IMG/VR virus record: IMGVR_UViG_3300022932_000014
Span: 93,638 to 143,127 of that record
DNA length: 49,490 nt
Direction: 5' to 3' (one strand)
Origin: a virus
Part shown: positions 26,829-36,285 of the stretch, piece by piece
Layout of the letters: each line of letters starts with the position of its first letter
Numbering within the stretch: position 1 is the stretch's first letter
Made by a program: the position numbers and the translations under genes
Notes under the pieces: generated by a model
Told to the model about the DNA's origin: nothing
Database searches by the model: none
The model's input: only the letters and a program-made list of their open reading frames with translations

Positions 26829-27074
26829 ATGAAAAGTGATTCACTAATTAAATTAGGTATATTCCAAAAACGGCTAAAGAAAATAGGAATAGGTATTGAA
26901 TTAGGAGCCAATTGGCCGTGGGTTTATGCTACTAGGATTCAAGGAAAACCAGTTACTGAAAAGTACTTGGCAGATTGGGGTTTTACAATAGCTTTTCATA
27001 ATGCGCGCGGAGAAACAAATTTTACAGACACAAAAGAGATTTTTAAATTAATAAGGAAATATGACAACAGATAA
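26829..27074 (+). CDS. hypothetical protein
   Basis: RLKKIGI..NWPWVY..VTEK..GFTIAF. Confidence 0.75.
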   Translation: MKSDSLIKLGIFQKRLKKIGIGIELGANWPWVYATRIQGKPVTEKYLADWGFTIAFHNARGETNFTDTKEIFKLIRKYDNR

Positions 27075-27252
27075 ATTCGAAGAAGATCAAGCAAATATGT
27101 ATGATGGAGAACTTCTAAAGTTAGTTGAAGATAAATTACATCTTCTATGTAAAACGGGCGGAAAAAGTTTAACAATGAGTGTTCCTCCAAGAATAGACGA
27201 TTTTGATATGTTAGTGTGCGAATTAATAAGAAGATATAAACAAGCGTTATGA
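27061..27252 (+). CDS. hypothetical protein
   Basis: overlapping ORF. Confidence 0.7.
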   Translation: MTTDKFEEDQANMYDGELLKLVEDKLHLLCKTGGKSLTMSVPPRIDDFDMLVCELIRRYKQAL

Positions 27253-27449
27253 GTAAAACTAAAGACAAAATAAAAGAGGTTTACCCTAGAGCATATGCTG
27301 AAAAATATCAAAAGAGAAATCCACTAGCTAAAGAATACTATTATTTGATTTGGTCTTCCAGATTAAAAGATGAAAAGGTAAGATTAGGTGAAGGAGATAC
27401 AGAAGCAAAAGCTTGGAAAGATGCTTTAAATTCGGCGGAAAATAAATAA
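27249..27449 (+). CDS. hypothetical protein
   Basis: ATGA overlap. Confidence 0.7.
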   Translation: MSKTKDKIKEVYPRAYAEKYQKRNPLAKEYYYLIWSSRLKDEKVRLGEGDTEAKAWKDALNSAENK

Positions 27450-27457
27450 AAACAGAT

Positions 27458-27634
27458 ATGATTAAACTAAAAGTAGAACAATGGAAAGTTACAGGTAAGT
27501 ATTATTCCACAGAAGAAATAGAAGTAGAGTCTTTAGATAATCTTGAGTCTAAATTAGGCAGAGGTATGGTTTCAACAGTTTATATAATTGAGGAAGATAA
27601 TTTCGAACAGCCTTATAGAGCTTATTTACTATAA
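27458..27634 (+). CDS. hypothetical protein (58 aa)
   Basis: read by hand: MIKLKVEQWKVTGKYY... Confidence 0.55.
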   Translation: MIKLKVEQWKVTGKYYSTEEIEVESLDNLESKLGRGMVSTVYIIEEDNFEQPYRAYLL

Positions 27635-27666
27635 CTCAGCCGAAAAAAGAACTAAAACAAAAATAG

Positions 27667-28917
27667 ATGAATATAGAAAAATTACAACAGCTTTACGAAG
27701 CAGAAGAGACAATTGCAGAGGCTGCTAGAAAATACGCTAAATCAGAAGGAATTGAATACTCGGATTCTTTTAGGAGACAATGTAGTAAGATTTTAAATAA
27801 AGTGAAAGTTGTGGATGGGGATTTAGAAGTCGAAGTAAAAACAGATTCTAATAATTATGAAAATGACAAACTAAAAATAACTAAGGGTTTTACTGCTATA
27901 AATGAATCAGGCCAATTAATGGCAATAGGAGAATATTGCTCTTTTTATGGTTTAGATGTCAACAAAATTAGGAGTTATAAGCTTATAAGCCACACGGGGC
28001 AGCCTTTTTATAACTGCGTATTTTATGAAGAAGTACTAGAACCATTAGTAACAGAAGAAGAGTTAAAGGCTTTGATTGGTGAAGGCCTTTTGGGAATTAA
28101 TAGACAAATTAACCAAACTAAATCTATTGGAAAAACAGGTATCGTTAAAATTGCAGATCTCCATCTAGGGGCTTACGTTGATAATCTAATTAAAACTAAA
28201 AACTTCTCTATAGATATTTTAGCAAATAAACTGTTAGATGCCGCTGATAACATTAATAGTAGAAAATATGCTGATGTTCACATACATATTTTAGGAGATT
28301 TAATTGAGAGTTTTACTGGATTATCACATAAGAATACCTGGAAAGGATTAGACAAAGCTATGGTAGGGGCTGAAGCCGTAAAACTTGTAGTTAAAATCTT
28401 GCATGAGAATTTCTTGTCTAAAATAACTAATTTGAGATATATAAAAGTTGTGGCAGGAAATCATGACAGAATTACCTCAGATAATAAAGAAGATGTTCAA
28501 GGAGGCGCAGCCAATCTTGTTTGTTGGGGACTAGAATTAATCGGCTATGAAGTAGAGTTTAATCCTTTGGTAATAACTCACACTATTGATAATATTTGTC
28601 ATATTTTAACTCATGGACATCACGCTATCAGTAAAAGATCTACAAAACAGTTGTGTTGGGACTATGGTGTCCAAGGTAAGTATAATTTAATATGTGAAGG
28701 TCACTTACACAGCATTATTCAGAAATTAAATATTAATCAACGAGATTCTTACCAAACTATTAAAGATGATGCGGTTGATCATAGAAGAATGAACTTACCT
28801 TCCTTTTTTACGGGCAATTTTTTCAGTGAGTCTTTAGGTTATACCTCTGAAAGTGGATTTGTTATTGTAGAAGATAACGGCAAAGGTGTCCCGAATGTTT
28901 TTTACTATGCAATTTAA
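27667..28917 (+). CDS. calcineurin-like metallophosphoesterase with N-terminal extension
   Basis: IADLHLG, LGDLIE, VAGNHD, THGH, GHLH motifs. Confidence 0.88.
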   Translation: MNIEKLQQLYEAEETIAEAARKYAKSEGIEYSDSFRRQCSKILNKVKVVDGDLEVEVKTDSNNYENDKLKITKGFTAINESGQLMAIGEYCSFYGLDVNKIRSYKLISHTGQPFYNCVFYEEVLEPLVTEEELKALIGEGLLGINRQINQTKSIGKTGIVKIADLHLGAYVDNLIKTKNFSIDILANKLLDAADNINSRKYADVHIHILGDLIESFTGLSHKNTWKGLDKAMVGAEAVKLVVKILHENFLSKITNLRYIKVVAGNHDRITSDNKEDVQGGAANLVCWGLELIGYEVEFNPLVITHTIDNICHILTHGHHAISKRSTKQLCWDYGVQGKYNLICEGHLHSIIQKLNINQRDSYQTIKDDAVDHRRMNLPSFFTGNFFSESLGYTSESGFVIVEDNGKGVPNVFYYAI

Positions 28918-28937
28918 TTATTCAGAAATTAAGTAAT

Positions 28938-28968
28938 TTTGAGGTCTGGATTTAAATGCTTACTTTTG
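28938..28968 (+). promoter_or_regulatory. promoter of endonuclease VII gene
   Basis: TTTG 28938-28941, 19-nt spacer, TACTTTTG 28961-28968. Confidence 0.7.
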
Positions 28969-28972
28969 CTTT

Positions 28973-29081
28973 GTTAACTACTTGATGCAACATTTAGCTA
29001 ACTTAGAAAAATTATATTTTTACCGAAAAGCTTCTTTCATTACCTATTGCATTAGGTGTTTGAGAGGAGTTTTTCATTTTT
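28973..29081 (+). promoter_or_regulatory. two-hairpin kissing-loop leader (copy 2)
   Basis: hairpin 1 GTTAACTA/TAGCTAAC with loop ATGCAA 28985-28990; hairpin 2 29026-29074 with loop TTGCAT 29047-29052; T tract before ATG. Confidence 0.65.
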
Positions 29082-29087
29082 AATAAT

Positions 29088-29654
29088 ATGTGTGAATTAA
29101 AATTTTGCAGAGCTTGTGAAAAAGACAAAGATGTTTTGGAGTTCCATAAAAAACAAGAATATCCTGATGGTAGGTATCCTAGATGTAAAGAGTGTGTCAA
29201 AGCTAAAATATATCTTCCTGAAAAAATTTTTATAATTGAAGGTCAAAAGAAGTGCTCTAAATGTGGAGATATGAAGGATCTTTCATGTTTTGATAAAAGA
29301 GTTAATAGAAAATCAGGTATTCAATCTATGTGTAGACATTGTAGGGCTTCTTATCCTAAAAATAAATATCCTGAACGAATAAGAAATTACGATTTACTAA
29401 AAACTTATGGAATATCATCTGAAGACTTTGAAAATCTTTTAAAATCTCAAAATAATTGTTGTGCTATTTGTAATATAAATCAATATGAATTAAAAGATCG
29501 TAAGAAAAAGTTTTTATGCGTAGACCATTGCCACGAGAGTGGTAATATACGTGGTTTGCTCTGTGATAAGTGCAACAGAGGTATAGGATTACTTGGAGAT
29601 GATGTAAGTAACTTAAAATCAGCTGTTAACTATTTATCCAAATACTCTGTTTAA
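29088..29654 (+). CDS. endonuclease VII-domain (His-Me) endonuclease with N-terminal Zn fingers, probably a homing endonuclease
   Basis: YGISSEDF..LL.SQNNCCAIC, VDHCHESGNIRGLLCDKCNRGIG; two CxxC...CxxC repeats. Confidence 0.88.
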   Translation: MCELKFCRACEKDKDVLEFHKKQEYPDGRYPRCKECVKAKIYLPEKIFIIEGQKKCSKCGDMKDLSCFDKRVNRKSGIQSMCRHCRASYPKNKYPERIRNYDLLKTYGISSEDFENLLKSQNNCCAICNINQYELKDRKKKFLCVDHCHESGNIRGLLCDKCNRGIGLLGDDVSNLKSAVNYLSKYSV

Positions 29655-29663
29655 CTTACTCTC

Positions 29664-29695
29664 AGTGCTCTTTAATTAGGGCACTTTTTGTTTTT
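29664..29695 (+). terminator. intrinsic terminator
   Basis: AGTGCTCT 29664-29671 / AGGGCACT 29678-29685, then T tract. Confidence 0.75.
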
Positions 29696-29725
29696 ACTGT
29701 TTTTTAATCTTTTTTGCCCGAAAAA

Positions 29726-29757
29726 TTTGGTAGTCTAAAAAACAATCCTTAGATTTG
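29726..29757 (+). promoter_or_regulatory. promoter
   Basis: TTTG 29726-29729, 20-nt spacer, TAGATTTG 29750-29757. Confidence 0.75.
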
Positions 29758-29776
29758 TAAAATAAAATTAGAAACT

Positions 29777-29959
29777 ATGAACTATAGAATGTTATTAATT
29801 GAAATGTTGGCTGATTATACAGAAAGATGGAGCGAAGAAGAAAACTCAGATAAAAATAAAGTATATAAAGAAGTTGTAAATGATCTTAGATTGGCTTTAG
29901 AAATTGAGCCAAATCAAATAAGTACTATACAAAATGTAAATAAAATTTTAAACGAGTAA
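29777..29959 (+). CDS. hypothetical protein
   Basis: first ORF after promoter. Confidence 0.7.
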   Translation: MNYRMLLIEMLADYTERWSEEENSDKNKVYKEVVNDLRLALEIEPNQISTIQNVNKILNE

Positions 29960-29960
29960 T

Positions 29961-30266
29961 ATGACAACAGAAGAATTTAAAATAGAATATCCACAATACT
30001 CACATCTGGAAAACGATGCTTTGTGGGATAAAATGATGGAAGTTTTATTACAGTCAGATAATGTTTTAATAGCCGATCCTAATAGAGAAATTATTTATCA
30101 TGAGCCTATTGTTATAAATGGTATGAGCTATAGTGTAGAAGACGAGTACGCAACTGTTTGGTTAAATAATAAAGGTGAAAAAGTTAAGTTGAAAGAACCT
30201 GAATATTTTAAAGGTAGTCCAACAGAGAGTTATAAATGTGAAATTATAGATTTTGGTGAATTATGA
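29961..30266 (+). CDS. hypothetical protein
   Basis: ORF. Confidence 0.7.
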   Translation: MTTEEFKIEYPQYSHLENDALWDKMMEVLLQSDNVLIADPNREIIYHEPIVINGMSYSVEDEYATVWLNNKGEKVKLKEPEYFKGSPTESYKCEIIDFGEL

Positions 30267-30475
30267 AATGGAAACAAATAGAAGAGCAAGATATTTGGTT
30301 ATGCAAAACTCCAATAGGCCAATATGAGATAGTGGGTGGCTATGGTTTCTGTAGTTATTTTAATAATGAGCCTATATCCAGATTTGTAGATTTTGAAACA
30401 GCAAAAGAAGAAGCTAAAATACATTTACTTAAAACCTACTACAGTTTAAAAATATATTTAGAACTAGATGAATAA
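30263..30475 (+). CDS. hypothetical protein
   Basis: ATGA overlap. Confidence 0.7.
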   Translation: MKWKQIEEQDIWLCKTPIGQYEIVGGYGFCSYFNNEPISRFVDFETAKEEAKIHLLKTYYSLKIYLELDE

Positions 30476-30641
30476 AGAAATAGAACGGTACGATCAAATA
30501 GAATATGATGAAGGCATTTGGTATCATATGCTTGATAATAATACAGTCACTTTAGAATTTAGTCAAGATGTGAATTATTCTTTTAAAACTGAGAAATTAA
30601 CACCCGAAGAAATAATGGAAAAATATAATATAAAATTATGA
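30468..30641 (+). CDS. hypothetical protein (57 aa)
   Basis: read by hand; overlaps neighbours. Confidence 0.55.
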   Translation: MNKEIERYDQIEYDEGIWYHMLDNNTVTLEFSQDVNYSFKTEKLTPEEIMEKYNIKL

Positions 30642-30799
30642 AAGAAAAATTAGAAGATTTAATAGACTTAGGTATGACTTATTTAGATGCTAAAATGTTT
30701 ATAAAAAGTATATATTTTGAAGGTTGTGATGATTCTATAGGAGTTAATAAGCCTTTTGATGAAGAAATAGAAAGAACATTTGAACTTAAGTTATTATGA
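30638..30799 (+). CDS. hypothetical protein (53 aa)
   Basis: read by hand; ATGA overlaps on both sides. Confidence 0.55.
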   Translation: MKEKLEDLIDLGMTYLDAKMFIKSIYFEGCDDSIGVNKPFDEEIERTFELKLL

Positions 30800-31323
30800 G
30801 AAATACAATTTTAGCGACCTTAGCAGTTATTCTTGGAGTGACTGCTTTTTCTTGTTTTGCGCCGAAAGTAAAAGACAAAAGGCAACCAAAACTTGATCCA
30901 AGCATCAAAATAGTTAATCTAAGCGGAGAAATAGGTTTAGATACAATAACTTCTATCGGATTATCAGAACTAGGCTTAAAAGACCTTAAAATCATTATTG
31001 TTAGTTTGAGCTTAGAAGAATTAGAAAACAATGAAACTTTAATGGGGTATATTGACCAGGCAGATGGTTATTATTTAATTAAACTAAGAAGTGACTTGTA
31101 TAGAGATTATTATATTACCATTTTAGCCCATGAACTCATTCATCTATATGATATGGAAAAAGGAGATCTTAAATTACTTTATTATGGATTTTTATATAAA
31201 GGTTTAGTATATACTTTTAACACACCCTACTATGATAGAAAATTTGAGGAAACTGCTTTTGATGGTGAGTTTGAATTAGGAATAAAAATAAGATATAAAA
31301 CAACGAATCCCTCTGGCAACTAA
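30796..31323 (+). CDS. putative lipoprotein Zn-metallopeptidase
   Basis: signal peptide ending AFSC; ILAHELIH (HExxH) and downstream FEETAF. Confidence 0.7.
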   Translation: MRNTILATLAVILGVTAFSCFAPKVKDKRQPKLDPSIKIVNLSGEIGLDTITSIGLSELGLKDLKIIIVSLSLEELENNETLMGYIDQADGYYLIKLRSDLYRDYYITILAHELIHLYDMEKGDLKLLYYGFLYKGLVYTFNTPYYDRKFEETAFDGEFELGIKIRYKTTNPSGN

Positions 31324-31340
31324 GCTGGAGGGATTTTTTC
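31306..31340 (+). terminator. terminator at the convergence of the two gene arms
   Basis: AATCCCTCTGGC 31306-31317 / GCTGGAGGGATT 31324-31335, then T tract. Confidence 0.8.
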
Positions 31341-31345
31341 TGCGT

Positions 31346-31534
31346 TTAATTATTTGGTTTTTGAATTCTTTCAAGCTCCTTGCGGAAAACTTCCTCCGCG
31401 TTATATTCGAGCGACATACTCACTTCAATATATTTATCAAGTAATATGCTTACACATTCGTCATATAATAAACTTTTAGTGTTAATACCCAATGACTGCA
31501 TTGTATTTAGATTTTCTTTAGCTTTTTCCGTCAT
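31346..31534 (-). CDS. hypothetical protein
   Basis: ORF track 31346-31543; ATG at 31534 preferred. Confidence 0.6.
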   Translation of the reverse strand: MTEKAKENLNTMQSLGINTKSLLYDECVSILLDKYIEVSMSLEYNAEEVFRKELERIQKPNN

Positions 31535-31784
31535 AATACTCAATTTTAATTAATCCTAACTCTAACCATTCTTCTAATACCTCATAAGTTTTTAGATCAT
31601 AATATTCTCTATATCCTAAAGTATATTTTAAAGAGCCTATTAAAGCGTTTTTTGCTTCTCCTTTTTTCGCCCAGACAAACTTTCCTGAATTCATTACAAG
31701 GAGTTCTTCATTTAGATAGATTCGGTATCCTGGTTTTGAACTTATTTTTAACTGTTCTAACTCTGTTGTTATTTTGTCTTTCAT
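31518..31784 (-). CDS. hypothetical protein
   Basis: ORF. Confidence 0.7.
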   Translation of the reverse strand: MKDKITTELEQLKISSKPGYRIYLNEELLVMNSGKFVWAKKGEAKNALIGSLKYTLGYREYYDLKTYEVLEEWLELGLIKIEYYDGKS

Positions 31785-32185
31785 AATAAGGATTGCAGTA
31801 TTTCTATTTTATTATTTATTCTGTCTAGATCTCTACTTTTAAATATCTGTTCTACCAATGGAAGATTATTTATATTATCTCTTAATTGTTCTAATGTCTG
31901 TAGACTTTCTTTTATTATACTTTTTTGTGCGTCGAATCCAGCTAAATAAGCATTTTCTAAATCGCTTATGCACTCTACTTGTCCTATTCTATCCAAAGCG
32001 TATTTAAGTAAAAACTTATTATGTATAATATTTATTTCTTCATTTGTTAATGGCGCGCCACCCCAAGCTTCTGGTATTCCTAGTTTCTCTACTTCCTCGT
32101 TAAATAAATCTTTATAAAATTTTTGTAACTCAATTAAAGCTTGTAAATTATCAGATAAAGTTAACGATATTGGTTTTATTTCCAT
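31781..32185 (-). CDS. hypothetical protein
   Basis: ORF. Confidence 0.7.
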   Translation of the reverse strand: MEIKPISLTLSDNLQALIELQKFYKDLFNEEVEKLGIPEAWGGAPLTNEEINIIHNKFLLKYALDRIGQVECISDLENAYLAGFDAQKSIIKESLQTLEQLRDNINNLPLVEQIFKSRDLDRINNKIEILQSLL

Positions 32186-32191
32186 AGTTAT

Positions 32192-32347
32192 TTATTTTAG
32201 AAACCATACACCTATTGGATAAAATACAATAAGTAAAATGTTTTTAAAGTTATTAAATTTAACACCGCAAAAATCAGCTATTAAAGCAATAAGAAAACCT
32301 GCTAAAATGTAAAAGAATATTAGATCTATTATCAGTACTGTTATCAT
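32192..32347 (-). CDS. small membrane protein (51 aa)
   Basis: read by hand: MITVLIIDLIFFYILAGFLIALIA... Confidence 0.55.
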   Translation of the reverse strand: MITVLIIDLIFFYILAGFLIALIADFCGVKFNNFKNILLIVFYPIGVWFLK

Positions 32348-32673
32348 ATTTTATAAGGTTTTATTTCTTCACATTTTAATTCATATGTCTTACTACACCA
32401 ATGATTAGCTGGTTTTTGATAGGTATATGTGTATTCAAATTGACCTGTCCATCCTGTTTCATAAGAATAAAGTCCATTATGGTCTTCTCCATATTCTTTA
32501 CCTAAGTGATACAAAACCAAATCTCCTATTTTATTTTCACCATCATCTTTTGTTAGTCGGTCAACTTTATATCTGTACAATTTAAGCCTTTCTAGTTCAT
32601 GATCTTGAAATCCTTTTTTAAGTTCTGTGTATTGATCAGGATATTTTCTTTTTAACCATTTGTTGAATTCCAT
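32344..32673 (-). CDS. hypothetical protein
   Basis: ORF. Confidence 0.7.
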   Translation of the reverse strand: MEFNKWLKRKYPDQYTELKKGFQDHELERLKLYRYKVDRLTKDDGENKIGDLVLYHLGKEYGEDHNGLYSYETGWTGQFEYTYTYQKPANHWCSKTYELKCEEIKPYKI

Positions 32674-33320
32674 TACAATAATTTTACAGTTACTTTTTTC
32701 TCATGTGATCCCCAATTCATTCTTCCTGTCTCATATTTATAATACGATTCTAATTCTATTTTTGGTGTATTAACTTTTTTCGAAAACTTTTTAATTGATT
32801 TTAAAACTTCCGCCTCACATACGTCAATTTTTCTATTTTCGTAATACCAAATAAACCCAAACCCTTTTTCAACCTCAACAGGTTTCTTTTCTGATTGATA
32901 ATTTTTCAAATAAGTACTATCTGTAATTTTCTCTAATTCTCCTAAATATAAATATTGTCGCCCAGAAACAGTCTCATAAACACATCCTCTTTCTAAATCT
33001 TTTTTTCCGAGCGGTTTGATTTTTGCTTGTTCTCCATGCATACCGTATTTTAAGGAAATATCTTTTCTGAATAAACTTGTGATTTGCTCCTTAGTGAATT
33101 CTTCTGCGTCAAAAACTGTATCAAATTCTTCTAAAGTCATATCTTTTAATAGATTCACCCAACCACCAATTGCACCATATCTATATCGGCCATAATGAGA
33201 ATTTTTCTTCACGTCTTTCATGAACATTTCTTTATCCCACAATTGAAAAGATGCCATAATGTTTGTTCTATCTCCGCTTGTAGTACTTGTAAATATGTAT
33301 TTCTTATCTGTTTGTTTCAT
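32673..33320 (-). CDS. hypothetical protein
   Basis: 215-aa ORF. Confidence 0.8.
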   Translation of the reverse strand: MKQTDKKYIFTSTTSGDRTNIMASFQLWDKEMFMKDVKKNSHYGRYRYGAIGGWVNLLKDMTLEEFDTVFDAEEFTKEQITSLFRKDISLKYGMHGEQAKIKPLGKKDLERGCVYETVSGRQYLYLGELEKITDSTYLKNYQSEKKPVEVEKGFGFIWYYENRKIDVCEAEVLKSIKKFSKKVNTPKIELESYYKYETGRMNWGSHEKKVTVKLL

Positions 33321-33534
33321 AACTTACTACTTGTTTACCGTTAATTGTTTCTATTTTACCAACAGCAATATAACTGTTTCTTTCTTTTACTTTGTATTTT
33401 AAGCGGAGCTTCTTTTTTATTTTGTTCCAGAAATTTAAAGGCTCTTCTGGTAAATAATCGTCATATCCAAAGATATATTGAGGCCGCTTATAGTCTTTAC
33501 TCATTTGCCAGATTATTGGTTTATTTTGTATCAT
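33304..33534 (-). CDS. hypothetical protein
   Basis: overlapping ORF. Confidence 0.6.
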   Translation of the reverse strand: MIQNKPIIWQMSKDYKRPQYIFGYDDYLPEEPLNFWNKIKKKLRLKYKVKERNSYIAVGKIETINGKQVVSYETNR

Positions 33535-33706
33535 ATATCTTCATTATTTTAAATACCCCTATGGATTCTTTTTCTGCATATTCTAATAGCTCTTCTTCGG
33601 ATTCAAATTTAATAGCGTCTATATAACTCTTACCGAACCTTATTCCTCTTTTTCCGCTCCAAAGTAGATTAGATAGAATACTTTGTATTAGATATTTCGT
33701 TTTCAT
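33521..33706 (-). CDS. hypothetical protein
   Basis: overlapping ORF. Confidence 0.65.
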   Translation of the reverse strand: MKTKYLIQSILSNLLWSGKRGIRFGKSYIDAIKFESEEELLEYAEKESIGVFKIMKIYDTK

Positions 33707-33872
33707 ATTGTTCTTTATATGTTAATTGTATTTCTTCTAATATGTCCACTGAACTTAGTTCTACACAGTCTTGACAAATTAATATATTGTCATAAAAATC
33801 TGAAGGTTTAAAGTTGAAATATTTTATTAGTTTTCTTTTCGCGCCGATTGGTGTTATTTTAGACTTTTTCAT
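33669..33872 (-). CDS. hypothetical protein
   Basis: overlapping ORF. Confidence 0.55.
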   Translation of the reverse strand: MKKSKITPIGAKRKLIKYFNFKPSDFYDNILICQDCVELSSVDILEEIQLTYKEQYENEISNTKYSI

Positions 33873-34458
33873 GACTTACTTTATAAGTTAATAATCTATC
33901 CATTTGTTTCTGTAGCTTTTCAACTTCATTGTCAATGTTAGTGTTAAATTCCTCAACATTCAAAAGTCTAACCGTTTCTTGTCGTCCATACTCTGAACCT
34001 CTCACAATTTCATAAGCCTCCTGAGTTGTGTATTTACCCGCAAAGATAATATCATCTGAATATCCACCCCTGTTTGCACCCCAATAGCCTCTATAACATC
34101 CCGCCCACACAACAGCTAAATCATTTGGATTAGAAACAGTTAAATCTAAAGCTTTTTGATCACGTTCTTTACACCAAATATGTTTTTCAATGGCATGACG
34201 TTTCATTTCTTTGCCTTCAAATAAAATAGTGTCATGTTCTTTTGCTCTCTGTGCTATAATGTCTGTGTAATAAACTTCTGTATCATCGTATTTGTAGTCT
34301 GCTAATTTCGTAGCGCCTAGATTACGCATTTCTGTTAGGCCTTTACTTCTCGCTTCATTTCGTGTTTCGGCAATTGTGATAACATCATTATAGTGCCAAG
34401 GCTCTTCTAAGTTTTTGACAGATATTTTCCAAGCTTTTTTAATTATTTGTTCTTTCAT
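33859..34458 (-). CDS. hypothetical protein
   Basis: GYWGANRGGYS...AGKYT..EA motif. Confidence 0.8.
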   Translation of the reverse strand: MKEQIIKKAWKISVKNLEEPWHYNDVITIAETRNEARSKGLTEMRNLGATKLADYKYDDTEVYYTDIIAQRAKEHDTILFEGKEMKRHAIEKHIWCKERDQKALDLTVSNPNDLAVVWAGCYRGYWGANRGGYSDDIIFAGKYTTQEAYEIVRGSEYGRQETVRLLNVEEFNTNIDNEVEKLQKQMDRLLTYKVSHEKV

Positions 34459-35273
34459 ATTAAATCTAAAATTGAGTTTCTGTCTTTACCGAAAAATGGT
34501 GTTTCGATAACTTCCCATTTACTTCTTACTACTTCTGTTTTTAATGCTTCTGGATTATCATTCTTATAAAGTTGTCCATTTACATAAGTATTTTTTACAA
34601 TAAAACTCCCCCTCTTTTTAGAAAAGTGCAGATCATTCCAATTATGACCTTTTTGAAAACACATTTCCTGCATGTCATTACCATTCTTTTTGTGAAGTTC
34701 GTTGTGTGAGTATAAAGACTGTGCTAACATAGCAACCGAATTTTTCTCTGCATCTCTTTGTCTCCAAATTAAACAATTTACAACTTCTTCTTTTTCGGGG
34801 ATTTGAAATACGCGGGAATCAAATAATGCCAAAGTCATTCTATCAATGTTAGTGCTTATGAAGGTTTCAATATCAGTACTTTCGCAATCTCCATTCATCA
34901 TATTTCTTAGTGTTCTCAACTGATTAAACTTAGCTGTTGCTATAGAAGCTGAAATGGAAGTCATTTTCTGTACCGAGTAGTCAAACCACGCCGAAGTTTC
35001 AAAAGTGTCATAATCTGTCAGAACCAAAGTGATTTCATCTGATTGAGTATAGCCCATCTTACAACCTTGAATATTTTGACATAAAAATTTAGTAGTTTCC
35101 TGCATATCTTCAATAAGTCCTTCATCAAAAGGTTTATCTAGTCCTTTAGTGTAAGTGTGAAATGCTTTTCCGTCCAACCTAATAATAGTTGGAGTTCTTC
35201 TTGTTAAATATTGTTTACTACGGTTTTCGTAGTTCTCTTTCATTCTTGTTGATAATGCTGTATTGTCTGGCAT
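34455..35273 (-). CDS. tRNA(His) guanylyltransferase Thg1-like protein (3'-5' polymerase)
   Basis: MKENYE, RLDGKAFH, GYTQSDEI, QKMTSISAS, FDSR, WRQRDAEKNS; start re-set to ATG 35273 (MPDNT). Confidence 0.92.
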   Translation of the reverse strand: MPDNTALSTRMKENYENRSKQYLTRRTPTIIRLDGKAFHTYTKGLDKPFDEGLIEDMQETTKFLCQNIQGCKMGYTQSDEITLVLTDYDTFETSAWFDYSVQKMTSISASIATAKFNQLRTLRNMMNGDCESTDIETFISTNIDRMTLALFDSRVFQIPEKEEVVNCLIWRQRDAEKNSVAMLAQSLYSHNELHKKNGNDMQEMCFQKGHNWNDLHFSKKRGSFIVKNTYVNGQLYKNDNPEALKTEVVRSKWEVIETPFFGKDRNSILDLI

Positions 35274-35275
35274 AA

Positions 35276-36244
35276 TTATACTCTGTTTAAAAACCAAATT
35301 CTGGCTTTGTTACTCACTGCTGATTTTACTTTCTTTGCATCAAATTGATTGGCTACAATTGTATCTGTTTCTTCTTTAATAACATCCTTAACCATCCAAC
35401 CTAAGAATTGTCCTGTGCTTTTTTGATCTAAACTAAATCCCATTTCTGTAAGATATTGAATTCCTTGTTCTAACCTGTTTTCAGTTACAGCTAAATCCAC
35501 AAATTCTTTTAGTCCTTCTAGAGATTCGGTATCTACAGCGTTTAGTGTTTTAACTTTTGACGCGCTGTGTTTTTCTCCTTTTGACTTAAATTTAAAATCT
35601 TCATTATCAACACTTGTCCATACAATTCCTTCGCCAATTCCACTAACTCCGAAAAACTTTCCTACTGGACACTCCTCTTCGACAGCCATTGTTAGTTCAA
35701 TAAGTTTATTTTGAGAAAGTTCTGGATTATTAAAATCAATATCCATTTCATAAGTAGGAAATTGTAGTATGTTATAAATATTATTTTCATTATCTTGGAA
35801 ATCAGCTCGTAAATCAATCCACACATCATCTATTTTAATTCCGAATATAATAAACATTTTAGGAAGTCCATTTATAGCCACACCTTTTTGGATATTACCT
35901 CCACACCATTCACCGTAAACTGCAACATATTCATTAAAATTAAATCTCTCTAAAGCACCTATCCAATTTGTATTTAACATTGCTAACATGAATCCAGCGT
36001 TATCCTGTTCTAAAGACAGAACTCTTTCTCTTGATTGAAATTCTATTCTTTCATCGGATTTGTATTTTACTACAGCGGCATTAGTTCCATGAATTTTAAC
36101 TGTCCCTCTAAACTTTATTGTTGGATAGTCGCTTGTGTGAGAGTAAATTGCATTACCACTTTCGTCTTTTCCTTGATAATCATGGTTTTCTTTTACTTTT
36201 CTAATTACATTACGGAATTGTTCAATCGAATTATACTTTTTCAT
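35276..36244 (-). CDS. RNA ligase, Rnl2 family
   Basis: motif I KIHGTN, QSR, motif III YGEWCG, IIIa FIIFGI, IV GEGIV, V FKSKGEKH. Confidence 0.9.
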   Translation of the reverse strand: MKKYNSIEQFRNVIRKVKENHDYQGKDESGNAIYSHTSDYPTIKFRGTVKIHGTNAAVVKYKSDERIEFQSRERVLSLEQDNAGFMLAMLNTNWIGALERFNFNEYVAVYGEWCGGNIQKGVAINGLPKMFIIFGIKIDDVWIDLRADFQDNENNIYNILQFPTYEMDIDFNNPELSQNKLIELTMAVEEECPVGKFFGVSGIGEGIVWTSVDNEDFKFKSKGEKHSASKVKTLNAVDTESLEGLKEFVDLAVTENRLEQGIQYLTEMGFSLDQKSTGQFLGWMVKDVIKEETDTIVANQFDAKKVKSAVSNKARIWFLNRV

Positions 36245-36285
36245 ATTTCTGGTTTTTAATTTTTTATTAATTTCGGCGAAAAAAG

